Shown: piece after piece, positions 9,631-18,700 of the stretch
How positions within the stretch are numbered: the stretch's first letter is position 1
Layout of the letters: every line of letters begins with the position of its first letter
Assembly (NCBI GenBank): GCA_963847705.1
Contig: CAWKBC010000014.1
Location: 256,001 to 320,000, forward strand
From: an uncultured Pseudomonadota bacterium
GTDB lineage: Bacteria > Myxococcota_A > Polyangia > Fen-1088
Direction of reading: 5' to 3'
DNA: 64,000 nt
Translations under genes and position numbers: made by a program
Notes under the pieces: model-generated
The model's input: the letters and a program-made list of their open reading frames with translations, nothing else
The model's database searches: none
What the model was told of the DNA's origin: nothing

Positions 9631-9929
9631 CAGAGAAGCAGGATGAGGAGAATGATCAGCACGATGAGCAGAACACCGCTGCCGATGTAGATCGTGACGC
9701 CGCCACCCTTGAAGTCCTGGAGATTGCGGGCCTTCTGCTCTCGCGTGGACAGATTCGCCCCCTCGGAATCGCTCGAGGGTGTTGCCCCCGAAGCACCCGT
9801 CGTCCCGACCCCGTTGGCGATGGCCGCCAGCGGCGCGGGCTCGGAAGCGAGGGCCTTCGCCGAGCTCACCATCGGAAAGCACCAGACCCCCAGCAACGTT
9901 GCGATGACCCCTGCGCGAATCCTGTTCAT
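9630..9929 (-). CDS. PA2779-like small secreted protein with double-glycine motif and hydrophobic C-terminal helix
   Basis: Signal peptide, low-complexity spacer, then LQDFKGG-GVTIYIGSGVLLIVLIILLILLL. AGGAG RBS before ATG 9929. Confidence 0.8.
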   Translation of the reverse strand: MNRIRAGVIATLLGVWCFPMVSSAKALASEPAPLAAIANGVGTTGASGATPSSDSEGANLSTREQKARNLQDFKGGGVTIYIGSGVLLIVLIILLILLL

Positions 9930-10019
9930 GCGGTCTCCTACCTTTGTGATGAACACAAAACTTAAACACGACCGCAGAATGGGGAAGCGGCTGATGGAAT
10001 TCCTGGCGGGACCCTACCC

Positions 10020-10283
10020 CTATTTGACGCCACCCGCCCCCGCCCGCACGCGCGCCACGATGTGCTTGATCTCGTCCTCGGTGCAGCCGGCCCGAACCAA
10101 CTCCAGGCGCAGGGCGGCGACGGCCGCGTCGACCCCTTCCCTGAGCCCGGCCTCGCGCCCCGCCAGAAACTCCGCGCTCTTGTAGGTTTGCGTCTGCCGC
10201 TCGGAGGCGCCCAGCGGCTGCATTTCGTCGAGGTGGGTCGGCTCGTCCTCGAAGACTTCAGGTGATTCGTCGTCCCGCACCAT
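10020..10283 (-). CDS. small hypothetical protein
   Basis: 87-aa ORF with natural composition (AGREAGLREG helix). No family recognised. Confidence 0.55.
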   Translation of the reverse strand: MVRDDESPEVFEDEPTHLDEMQPLGASERQTQTYKSAEFLAGREAGLREGVDAAVAALRLELVRAGCTEDEIKHIVARVRAGAGGVK

Positions 10284-10414
10284 GCGCCCAGGCTACCACC
10301 GCGGCGATGGTCCTGCTGACCGCAAACGCCTCGCTCTGTGCGCGGGTGTGCGCCACTCCGCCCGCCTGGTCTGGCGGGCGGAGCGCCCGTCACCGCTGGA
10401 GTCGCGGCGGGTGG

Positions 10415-12037
10415 CTAGAGCGTGTCGATGCGGTGCGTGCGGCTCTCGCGGATGGCGACGAGCCCGATCACCACGGTGATCGCGGCGACGATGACCGGAT
10501 ACCAGAGCCCCGCGAAGATGTCCCCCTTGGCCGCCACCAGGGCCGCGGCGGTGAGAGGAAGCATCCCGCCGAACCAGCCGTTGCCGATGTGGTACGGCAG
10601 CGACATCGAGGTGTAGCGGATGCGCGCCGGGAACAGCTCGACCAGGAAGGCGGCGATGGGACCGTAGACCATCGTCACGTAGATGAGCTGGATGAAGACC
10701 AGCAGGATCAACACGGGGACGTTGACGTCCTCGGCCTTGGCGGTCGCAGGATAGCTCAGCGTCTTGAGCGCCGCGGTCAGCTTCGGTTCATCGAAGCCGA
10801 CGATGGTGGCGTCGTTGATGTGCGTGATCGCCTTGGCGCCCTCCTCGCCGTCCGTGGTGTCGAACGAGAGGCTGCGCTTGGAGAGGAAGTCCTGCACCTT
10901 GTCGCACTCGCTGAACACCGTCTTCGGGTTCGGGAAGAGGTGCATCTTGCAGTTGCTGGCGGTGAGCGAGATCTTCGTGCTCGCCGCGAACCGCTCCAGC
11001 GCCGGGTTGGCGTAGTGGGTCATCGCCTTGTAGATGGGGAAGTAGGTGACCGCCCCCAGCAGGCAGCCGGCCAGCATGATCTTCTTGCGGCCGACCTTGT
11101 CGGAGAGCCACCCGAAGAAGACGAAGAGCCCGGTGCCCATCGCCAGCGCCACCGCCAGGATCAGGTAGGCCGTCTTCCAATTCACCTTCAGTGTGCCGGT
11201 CAGGAAGAAGAGCGCATAGAACTGCCCCGTGTACCAGATGACCCCCTGCCCGGCGGCCGCGCCGAAGAGAGCGATGAGCACGATCTTGAGGTTCGCCCAG
11301 TTGGTGAAGCTGTCGCGCAGCGGCGCCTTGCTCCCCTTGCCCAGCGCCTTCATCTGCAAGAAGACCGGCGACTCGTCCAGCTTGAGCCGGATGTAGATCG
11401 AGATCACCAGCAAGACCAGCGAGAGCAAGAACGGGATCCGCCAGCCCCACGACTTGAAGGCGTCCTCGGTCATGTTCGAGCGGCAGAGCCCGATCACCAC
11501 CAGCGAGATGAAGAACCCCAGCGTGGCGGTGGTCTGGATCCAGCTGGTGTGCAGCCCGCGCTTGTTGTCGGGCGCGTGCTCCGCGACGTAGGTCGCGGCC
11601 CCGCCGTACTCGCCGCCGAGCGCCAGCCCCTGCGCCAGGCGCAGCAGCACCAGGATCGTCGGCGACAGCATCCCCACGCTGGCGTAGGTCGGCAACATCC
11701 CGACCGCCGCGGTGGCCAGGCCCATCACCATGATGGTGACCAGGAAGGTGTACTTCCGTCCCACCAGATCGCCGATGCGACCGAACACCAGCGCGCCGAA
11801 GGGGCGCACCAGGAATCCGGCCGCATAGGTGGCGAAGCTGGCCAGCAGCGCCGCGGTGGCGTTCCCCTTCGGGAAGAACAGGGTGGCGAAGAACGGCGCC
11901 AGCGTGGCGTAGATGTAGAAGTCGTACCACTCGAAAACGGTGCCCAGCGAGGAGGCGAAGATGACCTTTCGGATCTCCGCCCCGCTGAGCGCTCCCCCTG
12001 GTGTCGTTGCCGTGGAACCCGTGGTCATGGCGCTCAC
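10415..12037 (-). CDS. MFS transporter, MHS (metabolite:H+ symporter) family
   Basis: SSLGTVFEWYDFY, RPFGALVFGRIGDLVGRK, GGEYGGA and ELFPARIRYTSMSLPYH motifs. Confidence 0.95.
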   Translation of the reverse strand: MSAMTTGSTATTPGGALSGAEIRKVIFASSLGTVFEWYDFYIYATLAPFFATLFFPKGNATAALLASFATYAAGFLVRPFGALVFGRIGDLVGRKYTFLVTIMVMGLATAAVGMLPTYASVGMLSPTILVLLRLAQGLALGGEYGGAATYVAEHAPDNKRGLHTSWIQTTATLGFFISLVVIGLCRSNMTEDAFKSWGWRIPFLLSLVLLVISIYIRLKLDESPVFLQMKALGKGSKAPLRDSFTNWANLKIVLIALFGAAAGQGVIWYTGQFYALFFLTGTLKVNWKTAYLILAVALAMGTGLFVFFGWLSDKVGRKKIMLAGCLLGAVTYFPIYKAMTHYANPALERFAASTKISLTASNCKMHLFPNPKTVFSECDKVQDFLSKRSLSFDTTDGEEGAKAITHINDATIVGFDEPKLTAALKTLSYPATAKAEDVNVPVLILLVFIQLIYVTMVYGPIAAFLVELFPARIRYTSMSLPYHIGNGWFGGMLPLTAAALVAAKGDIFAGLWYPVIVAAITVVIGLVAIRESRTHRIDTL

Positions 12038-12063
12038 CCCCTTTTACTGTTTTTACCTCCTCT

Positions 12064-13353
12064 TTAGAGGAAGTAGAGCTGCCACTGGATGTTGACCTGG
12101 TTGGCGGCGTGCGCGGTTCCGGCCTCGGTGTTGTGCATGTAGAAGGCCTTGAGGTTCGAGTTGTGTCCGTACGGCCAGAAAGCCAGGCCGCCGCCGGCAC
12201 GCGTCTGATCGACGCTGGTCGTCCCGCCAGAAGAGGTTCCGCCCCACAGGTGTTCCAAGCGGAAGATCGGCGAGATGTGGAACGCGTCGAAGTTGTAGCC
12301 GATCTCGGTCATCAACGCGGTCTGCTTGGCGAGCGCGATGAACGTCCCACCGGTCATGTGCACCACGTCGACCTGCCCGGTGAAGATGCCCGGGCCGAGG
12401 GGCAGATCGGCGAAGACGTCGCCGCCATAGTAGTGGTAGCTCTTCTGCGTGTCGCCGGTGATGCCGAAGGAGAGAATCTTCTTCTTCCCGAGATAGGTGC
12501 CTGCGTAGAAGAATCCTGGCTCGGGATCGAGCAGGTTGATTTGCAGGCGGGCGGTGGCGCGCATGAAGTTGTTCGAGCCGACGGTGGTCGGCGTGTCGCC
12601 AGCGGCCGCGGGCTGCTCGGTGGCGCGCAGACCCTGGAACAGGCCGACGCGGAAGTCGATGTGCCCGTCGAAAACCAGCGCGCGGCCCTGAACGCCGGCG
12701 TCACGACCGACCGGGCTGGCCGTGCTGCCGAGGAGCGTGTTGGCGGTGCTCAAGAAGGAGAAGTTGAAGTAGTCCCAGGAATAGAGCGTCCCCGCTCCCT
12801 GGACGGCGTTGTGGGCCATCGGCGGCAACATGTAGCCGGCGTCGAATTTGATCATGTCGCCGTACGCCTTCCAGGTAATGAAAGCGTCCTGGATGTTCAT
12901 CCCCGGCGTGCCCTTGGTGGTCGTTGCGGCGGCCATCGCGGTCGGCGCCTCGTTCGTGGCCAAGAACAGGTTCGGGTAGTCCGTATCGAAGAAGTACTCG
13001 AACTGGCCGAATAGAGTTCCTGCAACCAGGAGCCGCGTGCGGCGGATATAAAGGTTGTAGGTCTCGCCGTTGAGCTCGTTGCTGCCGAGCATCTGGAACT
13101 GCGGCTGGAACAGCAGCCCGACCTTGAGCGTGTTGCCGCTCGAGGCCTCGCTCTTGAAGGAGACCGACGGAGGCCAGGCCGGCGCCGGCGGCGGCGCGGG
13201 CTCGGCCATCGGCGGCGCGGGCTCGGCCATCGGCGGCGCGACCGGAACGGCGGGAACGACATCCGGCGGTGGTGGGGGGGGCGCATCTTCCGCCCGGGCG
13301 AAACTGGCCGAGAGGGCGAGCGCACACACAACGAGCGAGATTCGCGACATCAT
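12064..13353 (-). CDS. outer-membrane porin (OprO/P-like beta-barrel)
   Basis: Signal peptide, Pro-rich linker, YIRRTRL and GRDAG motifs, aromatic C-terminal strand QWQLYFL. Co-oriented with the MFS gene. Confidence 0.75.
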   Translation of the reverse strand: MMSRISLVVCALALSASFARAEDAPPPPPPDVVPAVPVAPPMAEPAPPMAEPAPPPAPAWPPSVSFKSEASSGNTLKVGLLFQPQFQMLGSNELNGETYNLYIRRTRLLVAGTLFGQFEYFFDTDYPNLFLATNEAPTAMAAATTTKGTPGMNIQDAFITWKAYGDMIKFDAGYMLPPMAHNAVQGAGTLYSWDYFNFSFLSTANTLLGSTASPVGRDAGVQGRALVFDGHIDFRVGLFQGLRATEQPAAAGDTPTTVGSNNFMRATARLQINLLDPEPGFFYAGTYLGKKKILSFGITGDTQKSYHYYGGDVFADLPLGPGIFTGQVDVVHMTGGTFIALAKQTALMTEIGYNFDAFHISPIFRLEHLWGGTSSGGTTSVDQTRAGGGLAFWPYGHNSNLKAFYMHNTEAGTAHAANQVNIQWQLYFL

Positions 13354-13594
13354 CTTCGACGCCTCCTGAGGGAGAACCGGTTGATTGACAAATCGCGGGC
13401 GCTCTTCTGCGCGCGAGTCAGGCGGACAGTCTCAGGGGCGGTCGCAAAAATCTTCGCATTCGTGGCGCGTTGCTCTCATTAATGGCGCCGCGCGCCTTGA
13501 TTTGATGACCGCGCAGTTTGAGCAGCGCCCGACCTCGTCTTGAATCACGTTCCGAGACGAAGGCGCGTGGTGCGTTCCAGATATTACAGGACTC

Positions 13595-13640
13595 GGAGCA
13601 AGTTGGAACCACCCGGAACCATTTGGAACGAGATTGCTCC
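13595..13640. promoter_or_regulatory. phased GGAAC direct-repeat array inside an inverted repeat (putative operator)
   Basis: GGAAC at 13605, 13615 and 13625 (10-bp period), flanked by GGAGCAA/TTGCTCC, upstream of the porin-MFS operon. Confidence 0.45.
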
Positions 13641-13689
13641 TCTCGGCGACGACCGCGCCGATCTCTTCACGCCCGATGATCTTCTCCCG

Positions 13690-14172
13690 CTACCCGCGCA
13701 ACTTGACGACGATGGTGTTCGCCGCCTTGTCGCCGAGGCGCTGGCGCCGCTCGCCGAGAGCGAAGGCCCAGTCGAACACGCCGAGCATTCTGACCAGGTT
13801 TCGCAACAGCGAGCCCCCGTAGCTGCAGGGCGCTCCCGTGCTCTGATCGACGACGGCGATCTTGACCAGCTTCTTGCCGAAGCTCTGTCCCTCACCGAGG
13901 CCGTCGGAGAAGAGCAGGTAGCCGACGAACATCAGGACGGCAGGCGCCGCACCCACGCCCAGCGACGTCCCGATGTGCGTGCCGAGGACCATCCCCCCGC
14001 ACGACACCGCCGAATCGATGAAATGCGCTGCGAACCGCTCACCCAGCGTCGCCCGGGGCAAAGCCAGCGCCCGCGAGGTCCCCACCGCGAGCGCGCCCGT
14101 CTGGAAATCGTGCCGGCAGTCGCACTCGGTCGCCATCTCCGGGTTGGTCAGCCCGCATCTTGGACACTGCAT
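13690..14172 (-). CDS. RDD family membrane protein with N-terminal Zn ribbon
   Basis: CPRC..CDC ribbon, RFAAHFID, GQSFGKKL and QRLGDKAANTIV motifs. Confidence 0.9.
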   Translation of the reverse strand: MQCPRCGLTNPEMATECDCRHDFQTGALAVGTSRALALPRATLGERFAAHFIDSAVSCGGMVLGTHIGTSLGVGAAPAVLMFVGYLLFSDGLGEGQSFGKKLVKIAVVDQSTGAPCSYGGSLLRNLVRMLGVFDWAFALGERRQRLGDKAANTIVVKLRG

Positions 14173-14267
14173 GGACGCCCCCTCGTTCGTGCTCGAACCA
14201 TTGATGATGCGCGCGCGGGCGGCGCCCCGTCAACGCGCCGCCAGGGGGCCTTCGGGTGACCCACCCC

Positions 14268-14600
14268 CTAGCGGGGCGAGGCTGGTCGAGAACGCCGTGA
14301 CGGGCCGAAAAGCAGGCGCCGGAACGCCCCCCAGGCGGCGGCCGCCGCCTGACGAAGAGTCCTGCCCTGTTCCAGCCGTTCGAGCGGGCGCAGGTCATCG
14401 AAGCGCTCTGGTTCGGCCGCGCGCGCAGGCTCATCCGGGGGAGCGGCAGCGAAGAAGGCCTGCTCGAGGTCACTCCAGTCCGCGCCGTTGCCTCGGGCAA
14501 CCGAGGCGGGAGCGTTGCGCTTCACCCCTCGGGAGCGCCTGTTTTTGTTCTTGGACGGCGCGTGCGCCGACTTCGCCAGAGCGAGATGTCTTCGGGCCAT
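14268..14600 (-). CDS. hypothetical protein
   Basis: ORF with a WSDLEQAFFAAAPP segment. Start is uncertain. Confidence 0.4.
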   Translation of the reverse strand: MARRHLALAKSAHAPSKNKNRRSRGVKRNAPASVARGNGADWSDLEQAFFAAAPPDEPARAAEPERFDDLRPLERLEQGRTLRQAAAAAWGAFRRLLFGPSRRSRPASPR

Positions 14601-14737
14601 CGCCCGATCTACGGCCCCCGGACGCGATCGGACGCCCGGAAAAACGCCCTTCGGCCCTCTCTCGTGGCCAGACTGAATCGGACCCTCCGAACCGAACCCG
14701 ATCTTCAAGATCCGCGCCAGCGGCCCGATGAAGAGAT

Positions 14738-15910
14738 GTGCCCTGCGTTCGGCCATCGCGCGGCCTTCTCGCCCTGCTGCTCCTGCCCCTTTCGGGTTGG
14801 CTGGCCTGCGCCAACCGGGGCATGCAGGCCCCGTCAGTCGACTCCATCGTGGGGACTGGCTCGGACGACGGGGGCGCGGCAAGCCCTGATGGCTCGCCCG
14901 GCTCCGGCGGGGCGGGCGGGATCGCCGCGGCGGGCGGCGCGACAGGAACCGGCGGCACCGGGGGGGCGAATACGGGGGGCGGCGCCGGTCTGGCCAGTTC
15001 GGGCGGCGCCGGTGGAGGCAGCCTGGGCGGCGCCGCCGGTCGGGCGAACACCGGTGGCACCGGGGGTCAGACGAGCTCCGGTGGCGCCGGCGGAGCGACC
15101 CCGGCCGGGACCGGAGGTCAAACCAGCACGGGCGGCACCGGCGGTGGAAACCTCGGCGGCAGTGGAGGCACCAGCAGCGGCGGCGCGGGCGGCACGGGCG
15201 GCGGCGGCACCAGCAGCGGCGGAGTTGGCGGCGCGAGTGGCGGCGGCGCCGCCGGTCAGAGCCTTCCCCCGCTCTTCGCGTACTACCCCTTCGACCAGAC
15301 GGCCGGTCCGACGATCCCGGACGCCTCCGGCAACGGTCACGCCGGAACCCTGGCGGGCACTGCCACCTTCCCGGCCGCCGTGATCGGCAACGGGCTCAGT
15401 CTGCCGGGCGCCAGCGGCGACTACGTCGCGCTGCCGAGCGCGCTCCTCCAGTCGGTGACGAACGTGACGATCGCCCTGTGGGTCAACGTCGGCGCCGACC
15501 AGGCCTGGCAGCGGGTCTTCGATTTCGGCAGCAGCACGAACGTCTACATGTTCCTCACCCCCCACGCCGGCGGGACCACCGTGGCGCGCTTCGCGATCAG
15601 CACCAGCGGCAACGCCACCGCCAATGAGCAGCGCCTCGACGCGACCGGCGTCCTGCCGATCGGCACCTGGACCCACGTGGCGATCGTGCTGGGAGCCGGC
15701 GGCGGCACCCTTTATGTCAACGGCGCGGTCGCCGGCACCAACGCCGCGCTCACGCTTCGGCCGGCCGATCTGGGAGCGACGACCAACACCTGGCTCGGCC
15801 GGTCACAGTTCACCGCCGATCCGGCCTTCAACGGTCAGATCGACGACCTGCGCGTCTACGCCAGCGCGCTGACCGCCAGCCAGATCACGACGATCTACAA
15901 CGCCCGCTGA
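14738..15910 (+). CDS. LamG-like jellyroll domain lipoprotein with Gly-rich linker
   Basis: Lipobox WLAC, long GGT/GGA linker, AYYPFD..DASGNG, WQRVFDFG, WTHVA and FNGQIDDLRVY motifs. Confidence 0.9.
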   Translation: MPCVRPSRGLLALLLLPLSGWLACANRGMQAPSVDSIVGTGSDDGGAASPDGSPGSGGAGGIAAAGGATGTGGTGGANTGGGAGLASSGGAGGGSLGGAAGRANTGGTGGQTSSGGAGGATPAGTGGQTSTGGTGGGNLGGSGGTSSGGAGGTGGGGTSSGGVGGASGGGAAGQSLPPLFAYYPFDQTAGPTIPDASGNGHAGTLAGTATFPAAVIGNGLSLPGASGDYVALPSALLQSVTNVTIALWVNVGADQAWQRVFDFGSSTNVYMFLTPHAGGTTVARFAISTSGNATANEQRLDATGVLPIGTWTHVAIVLGAGGGTLYVNGAVAGTNAALTLRPADLGATTNTWLGRSQFTADPAFNGQIDDLRVYASALTASQITTIYNAR

Positions 15911-15932
15911 CCGGCGGTCTCTCGGCCCCGGT

Positions 15933-16439
15933 TCAGGCGGTCGAGTACCGCCGGGGGACCAGCCGTCGGTCACTCGGGGTGGGCAGCTTGCGCGCGAGGC
16001 GCCGTGTGTAGACCACCTCGGTGGCCGCGAGCCGATCGTGAAATCCCCGACGCTCCGGCCCCAGGATCCAGAGGAACCCGAGATAGAAGGGGAGAGCCGA
16101 GAGCAGATAGCCGGCGAATCGGAGCACGGCCCGACCGAGGCCGACCTTTCCACCGCCGAGCGCGACGACGCGCAGGCCGAGCAACCATTTTCCCGGCGTC
16201 TGCCCCCGAAGCCACCAGAAGACGATGTTGTACAGACAGACGATCAGCGGGGCGCAGACGAGCAGGAGCTCCCCCAGGCTGAACGGAGGGGCGAATCGGC
16301 GGAGGGCCTGCTGCGCCAGCAGCAGCAACGACGCGGTCCCCTGCAACGTCACCCAGAGAATGATCGCGTCCGCCGCCACCGCGGCAAGCCGGGTGACGAA
16401 CCCGGCGCGTTCGCCTCTGGTACGGGCGAGGGCGGTCAT
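15933..16439 (-). CDS. RDD family protein
   Basis: AGFVTRLAAVAAD, GQTPGKWLLGLRVV and RGFHDRLAATEVV. ATGA overlap with the upstream gene. Confidence 0.88.
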   Translation of the reverse strand: MTALARTRGERAGFVTRLAAVAADAIILWVTLQGTASLLLLAQQALRRFAPPFSLGELLLVCAPLIVCLYNIVFWWLRGQTPGKWLLGLRVVALGGGKVGLGRAVLRFAGYLLSALPFYLGFLWILGPERRGFHDRLAATEVVYTRRLARKLPTPSDRRLVPRRYSTA

Positions 16440-17140
16440 CGTGGTCGTGTCGCTCGGCCGGCGCCAAAGAGGCGCCCCACCGTGCGTTCCGCCAGGTTGT
16501 CGGCGCGCGCGGACCGCTCGCGCAGCTCGCTCATGGCGGTCACCGCGATCCCTTCGCTCTGCTCCCGGATGACGCTCTTGAGGTCCGGGCTCTCGGAGAT
16601 GCGTGCGAGCATGTTCTCGCGCAACACGGTGAGCGCGTCGAAGGCCAGGAGGCGGCTGGCCGCTTCTTCGCGCCGCCCCAGCTCGGCCCAGCGGGCGAGC
16701 CGTCTCTCCCCCTGAGCGCGCCAGGCCCGCAGCCGATCTGCCGCCGCAGGCAGGCCCGGCAACCGAGCGACGACGCTGCGCAGGCGCTCGAGCGAAGCCG
16801 CCCGCCGGCGGGCCGAGGCGGCCAGGGGCCTCCACCGGGCGCGCGCGAGCGCAGGCGCCCTGGAGGCGGCACCGACGGCGTCGGACAGCATTCCCATGGC
16901 CGCGTGGCGAAGACTGGGAGCCGTGCCCGCGGCCGTCGGCTCGAGCAGAGGCGGCGCCTCGACGGCAGCGCAGGCCGAGAGGACGCCCCCGACCCGTTCA
17001 TTGGTCAGCTCCGTCATGCCCAGCACAAAACGGAACATCAATCGCGCTCGGCCAAGCGAGGTGGGCGAGGCGGGCGAGGCAGGCGAGAGTCGTTCCGTCG
17101 GATCGTTCGCGGGCCGGGTCGCCGAGAGCCTCTCTTCCAC
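16436..17140 (-). CDS. hypothetical helical protein coupled to RDD gene
   Basis: C-terminal IREQSEGIAVTAMSELRERSARAD segment, translationally coupled to the RDD gene. Start is uncertain. Confidence 0.6.
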   Translation of the reverse strand: MEERLSATRPANDPTERLSPASPASPTSLGRARLMFRFVLGMTELTNERVGGVLSACAAVEAPPLLEPTAAGTAPSLRHAAMGMLSDAVGAASRAPALARARWRPLAASARRRAASLERLRSVVARLPGLPAAADRLRAWRAQGERRLARWAELGRREEAASRLLAFDALTVLRENMLARISESPDLKSVIREQSEGIAVTAMSELRERSARADNLAERTVGRLFGAGRATRPR

Positions 17141-17511
17141 CTCCTTCAACCTGGAGTGCCGCCGCGACACCGCAACGGTCGGCGTTGTGAGGCGCGGTCG
17201 CAATCTTGTGGCGCCAGGTCGCCGAACCTCGACGGCAGCCCGCCGGCCCTCAGCCGCTGGTCGGCCTGGCACCGAAACACGAGGGCGGCGCGCTTCCGTG
17301 CGGCGCGAGGCAATCACTCGCCCGCGAGCTCTGCGCGCGTAGTGCACAGGTGTGAGCCTCGATGTGAAGCCCTCCATACAGATCGCGGTTTGAACCAACG
17401 CCGTCTGCGGGCTCTTACGGCCCCTGCCGGTCGTCCGCAACCTGGCCTGGATCGTGCTCACCGCTGTGGTCGAGCAACAGCCAACCCGCCACCCTCTCGA
17501 GGAGATCAGCC

Positions 17512-18423
17512 ATGTCGAAGCAGCTTTCACTCACGTTCGGGGTCGCCGCCGTCTTGCTGCTGCACGCAGGCTGCGGCGAGCCAGAGTCCTCCACCAGCGC
17601 CCCCGACGATGCGATCCAGGCCGTCTATGAAGGGCGACTGACCGTCCCGCAGGCCCAGACCAGTTGCGGCTGCCGCCTGGAGCTGGTTCCCGTCGGCGGC
17701 ACGGTCTTTCACTTCGGCCTCGATCTGTCTCAGAGCCCGCCGGTCTCGTTTCCCTTCCAGTCCACCGTTGCGGGCGTGCACGTCTCGATCGCCGAGCTTC
17801 CCATCACCCGCCTCCTCAACATCCGGTCGGACGCGAACGGCAAGTGGGGCTTCACCGCCATCAAGCTCCAGGGCAAGCCTCTTCCGCTCTCTTTCGTCTA
17901 TCAGCTCGATGGATATCAGACCACGAAGTCGCAGGTCTTCCAGGTGGGAGATTTCGGGATCACCGATCTGGCGGTTCAGTTCTCGACCGCGGCCTACTTC
18001 TCGGCAGCCAAGGGCCAGATCGAACAGCAGATCGGCGGCCTGATCGGCGCCCCTTACACGCTGAACAACGTCCTGGTGACGACGGTTGGAAAGTCCTGGG
18101 CGTCGATGTACTCACCCCAGCTTCCGCACGGCGATCCCGGGGCGCAGGTCTCGATCGACCCGGCGGTCGCCTTCCCCGCCTCGCTCGGTCCGGTTTACTT
18201 CAATGCGTCCGTCTCGCCCGACCCGACCTTGAGCAGCACCTCGGTGGATGGTGGCGTTCTCTTCGGCAACCTGCCGAATGGCAGCTACACGGTCACCGCC
18301 ACCAAGGCGCCGTTCACCTATGCGTCGCTCACCTTCGTCATCGAGAGCGACATCGGCCTCTACGTCGCGTCACCGCCGCACGCCACCCAGGGGACGAACA
18401 GCTCGCCACCCGGACAACCATGA
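17512..18423 (+). CDS. hypothetical lipoprotein (beta-sandwich / carboxypeptidase-regulatory-like repeats)
   Basis: GAGGAG RBS, lipobox HAGC, FGNLPNGSYTVTATK beta-sandwich motif. Confidence 0.75.
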   Translation: MSKQLSLTFGVAAVLLLHAGCGEPESSTSAPDDAIQAVYEGRLTVPQAQTSCGCRLELVPVGGTVFHFGLDLSQSPPVSFPFQSTVAGVHVSIAELPITRLLNIRSDANGKWGFTAIKLQGKPLPLSFVYQLDGYQTTKSQVFQVGDFGITDLAVQFSTAAYFSAAKGQIEQQIGGLIGAPYTLNNVLVTTVGKSWASMYSPQLPHGDPGAQVSIDPAVAFPASLGPVYFNASVSPDPTLSSTSVDGGVLFGNLPNGSYTVTATKAPFTYASLTFVIESDIGLYVASPPHATQGTNSSPPGQP

Positions 18424-18593
18424 CGTCTCGCGCAGCCGGGGCGTGTCGGCGTGCTCGGCCATCGCGCTTCCCCCGCCTCTTGCGCAGGCGACGGCGTCGG
18501 CTCTTTGCGTCGGCGCCGTTCGATCCGGCGTTGCCAGCCGGCAACAGGGACCGTCTTGGCGGTCCAACACGGTGTGCAGGTGGCTCAACGGAG

Positions 18594-18611
18594 TGTGCAA
18601 ACATCTGCACA
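18594..18611. promoter_or_regulatory. palindromic putative enhancer-binding-protein site
   Basis: Perfect inverted repeat TGTGCA-N6-TGCACA about 40 bp upstream of the sigma54 promoter, with an extra half-site TGTGCA near 18573. Confidence 0.55.
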
Positions 18612-18648
18612 TCGGACTCCGCGGACCCAGGCCGGCATTGACGTCGTG

Positions 18649-18665
18649 CTGGCACGTCAGTTGCG
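18649..18665 (+). promoter_or_regulatory. sigma54 -24/-12 promoter
   Basis: cTGGCACGtcagTTGCg is a near-perfect TGGCACG-N4-TTGC consensus, upstream of the HK start at 18701. Confidence 0.85.
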
Positions 18666-18700
18666 TAATGGAGCCCCGGGATGTGTATCCTCGGTGATCT

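Noticed and set aside
14860-15260. Gly-rich GGC/ACC low-complexity tracts (also 35660-36110 and 57480-57620)
   Set aside because: They encode flexible linkers typical of myxobacterial lipoproteins and are not independent repeat elements.
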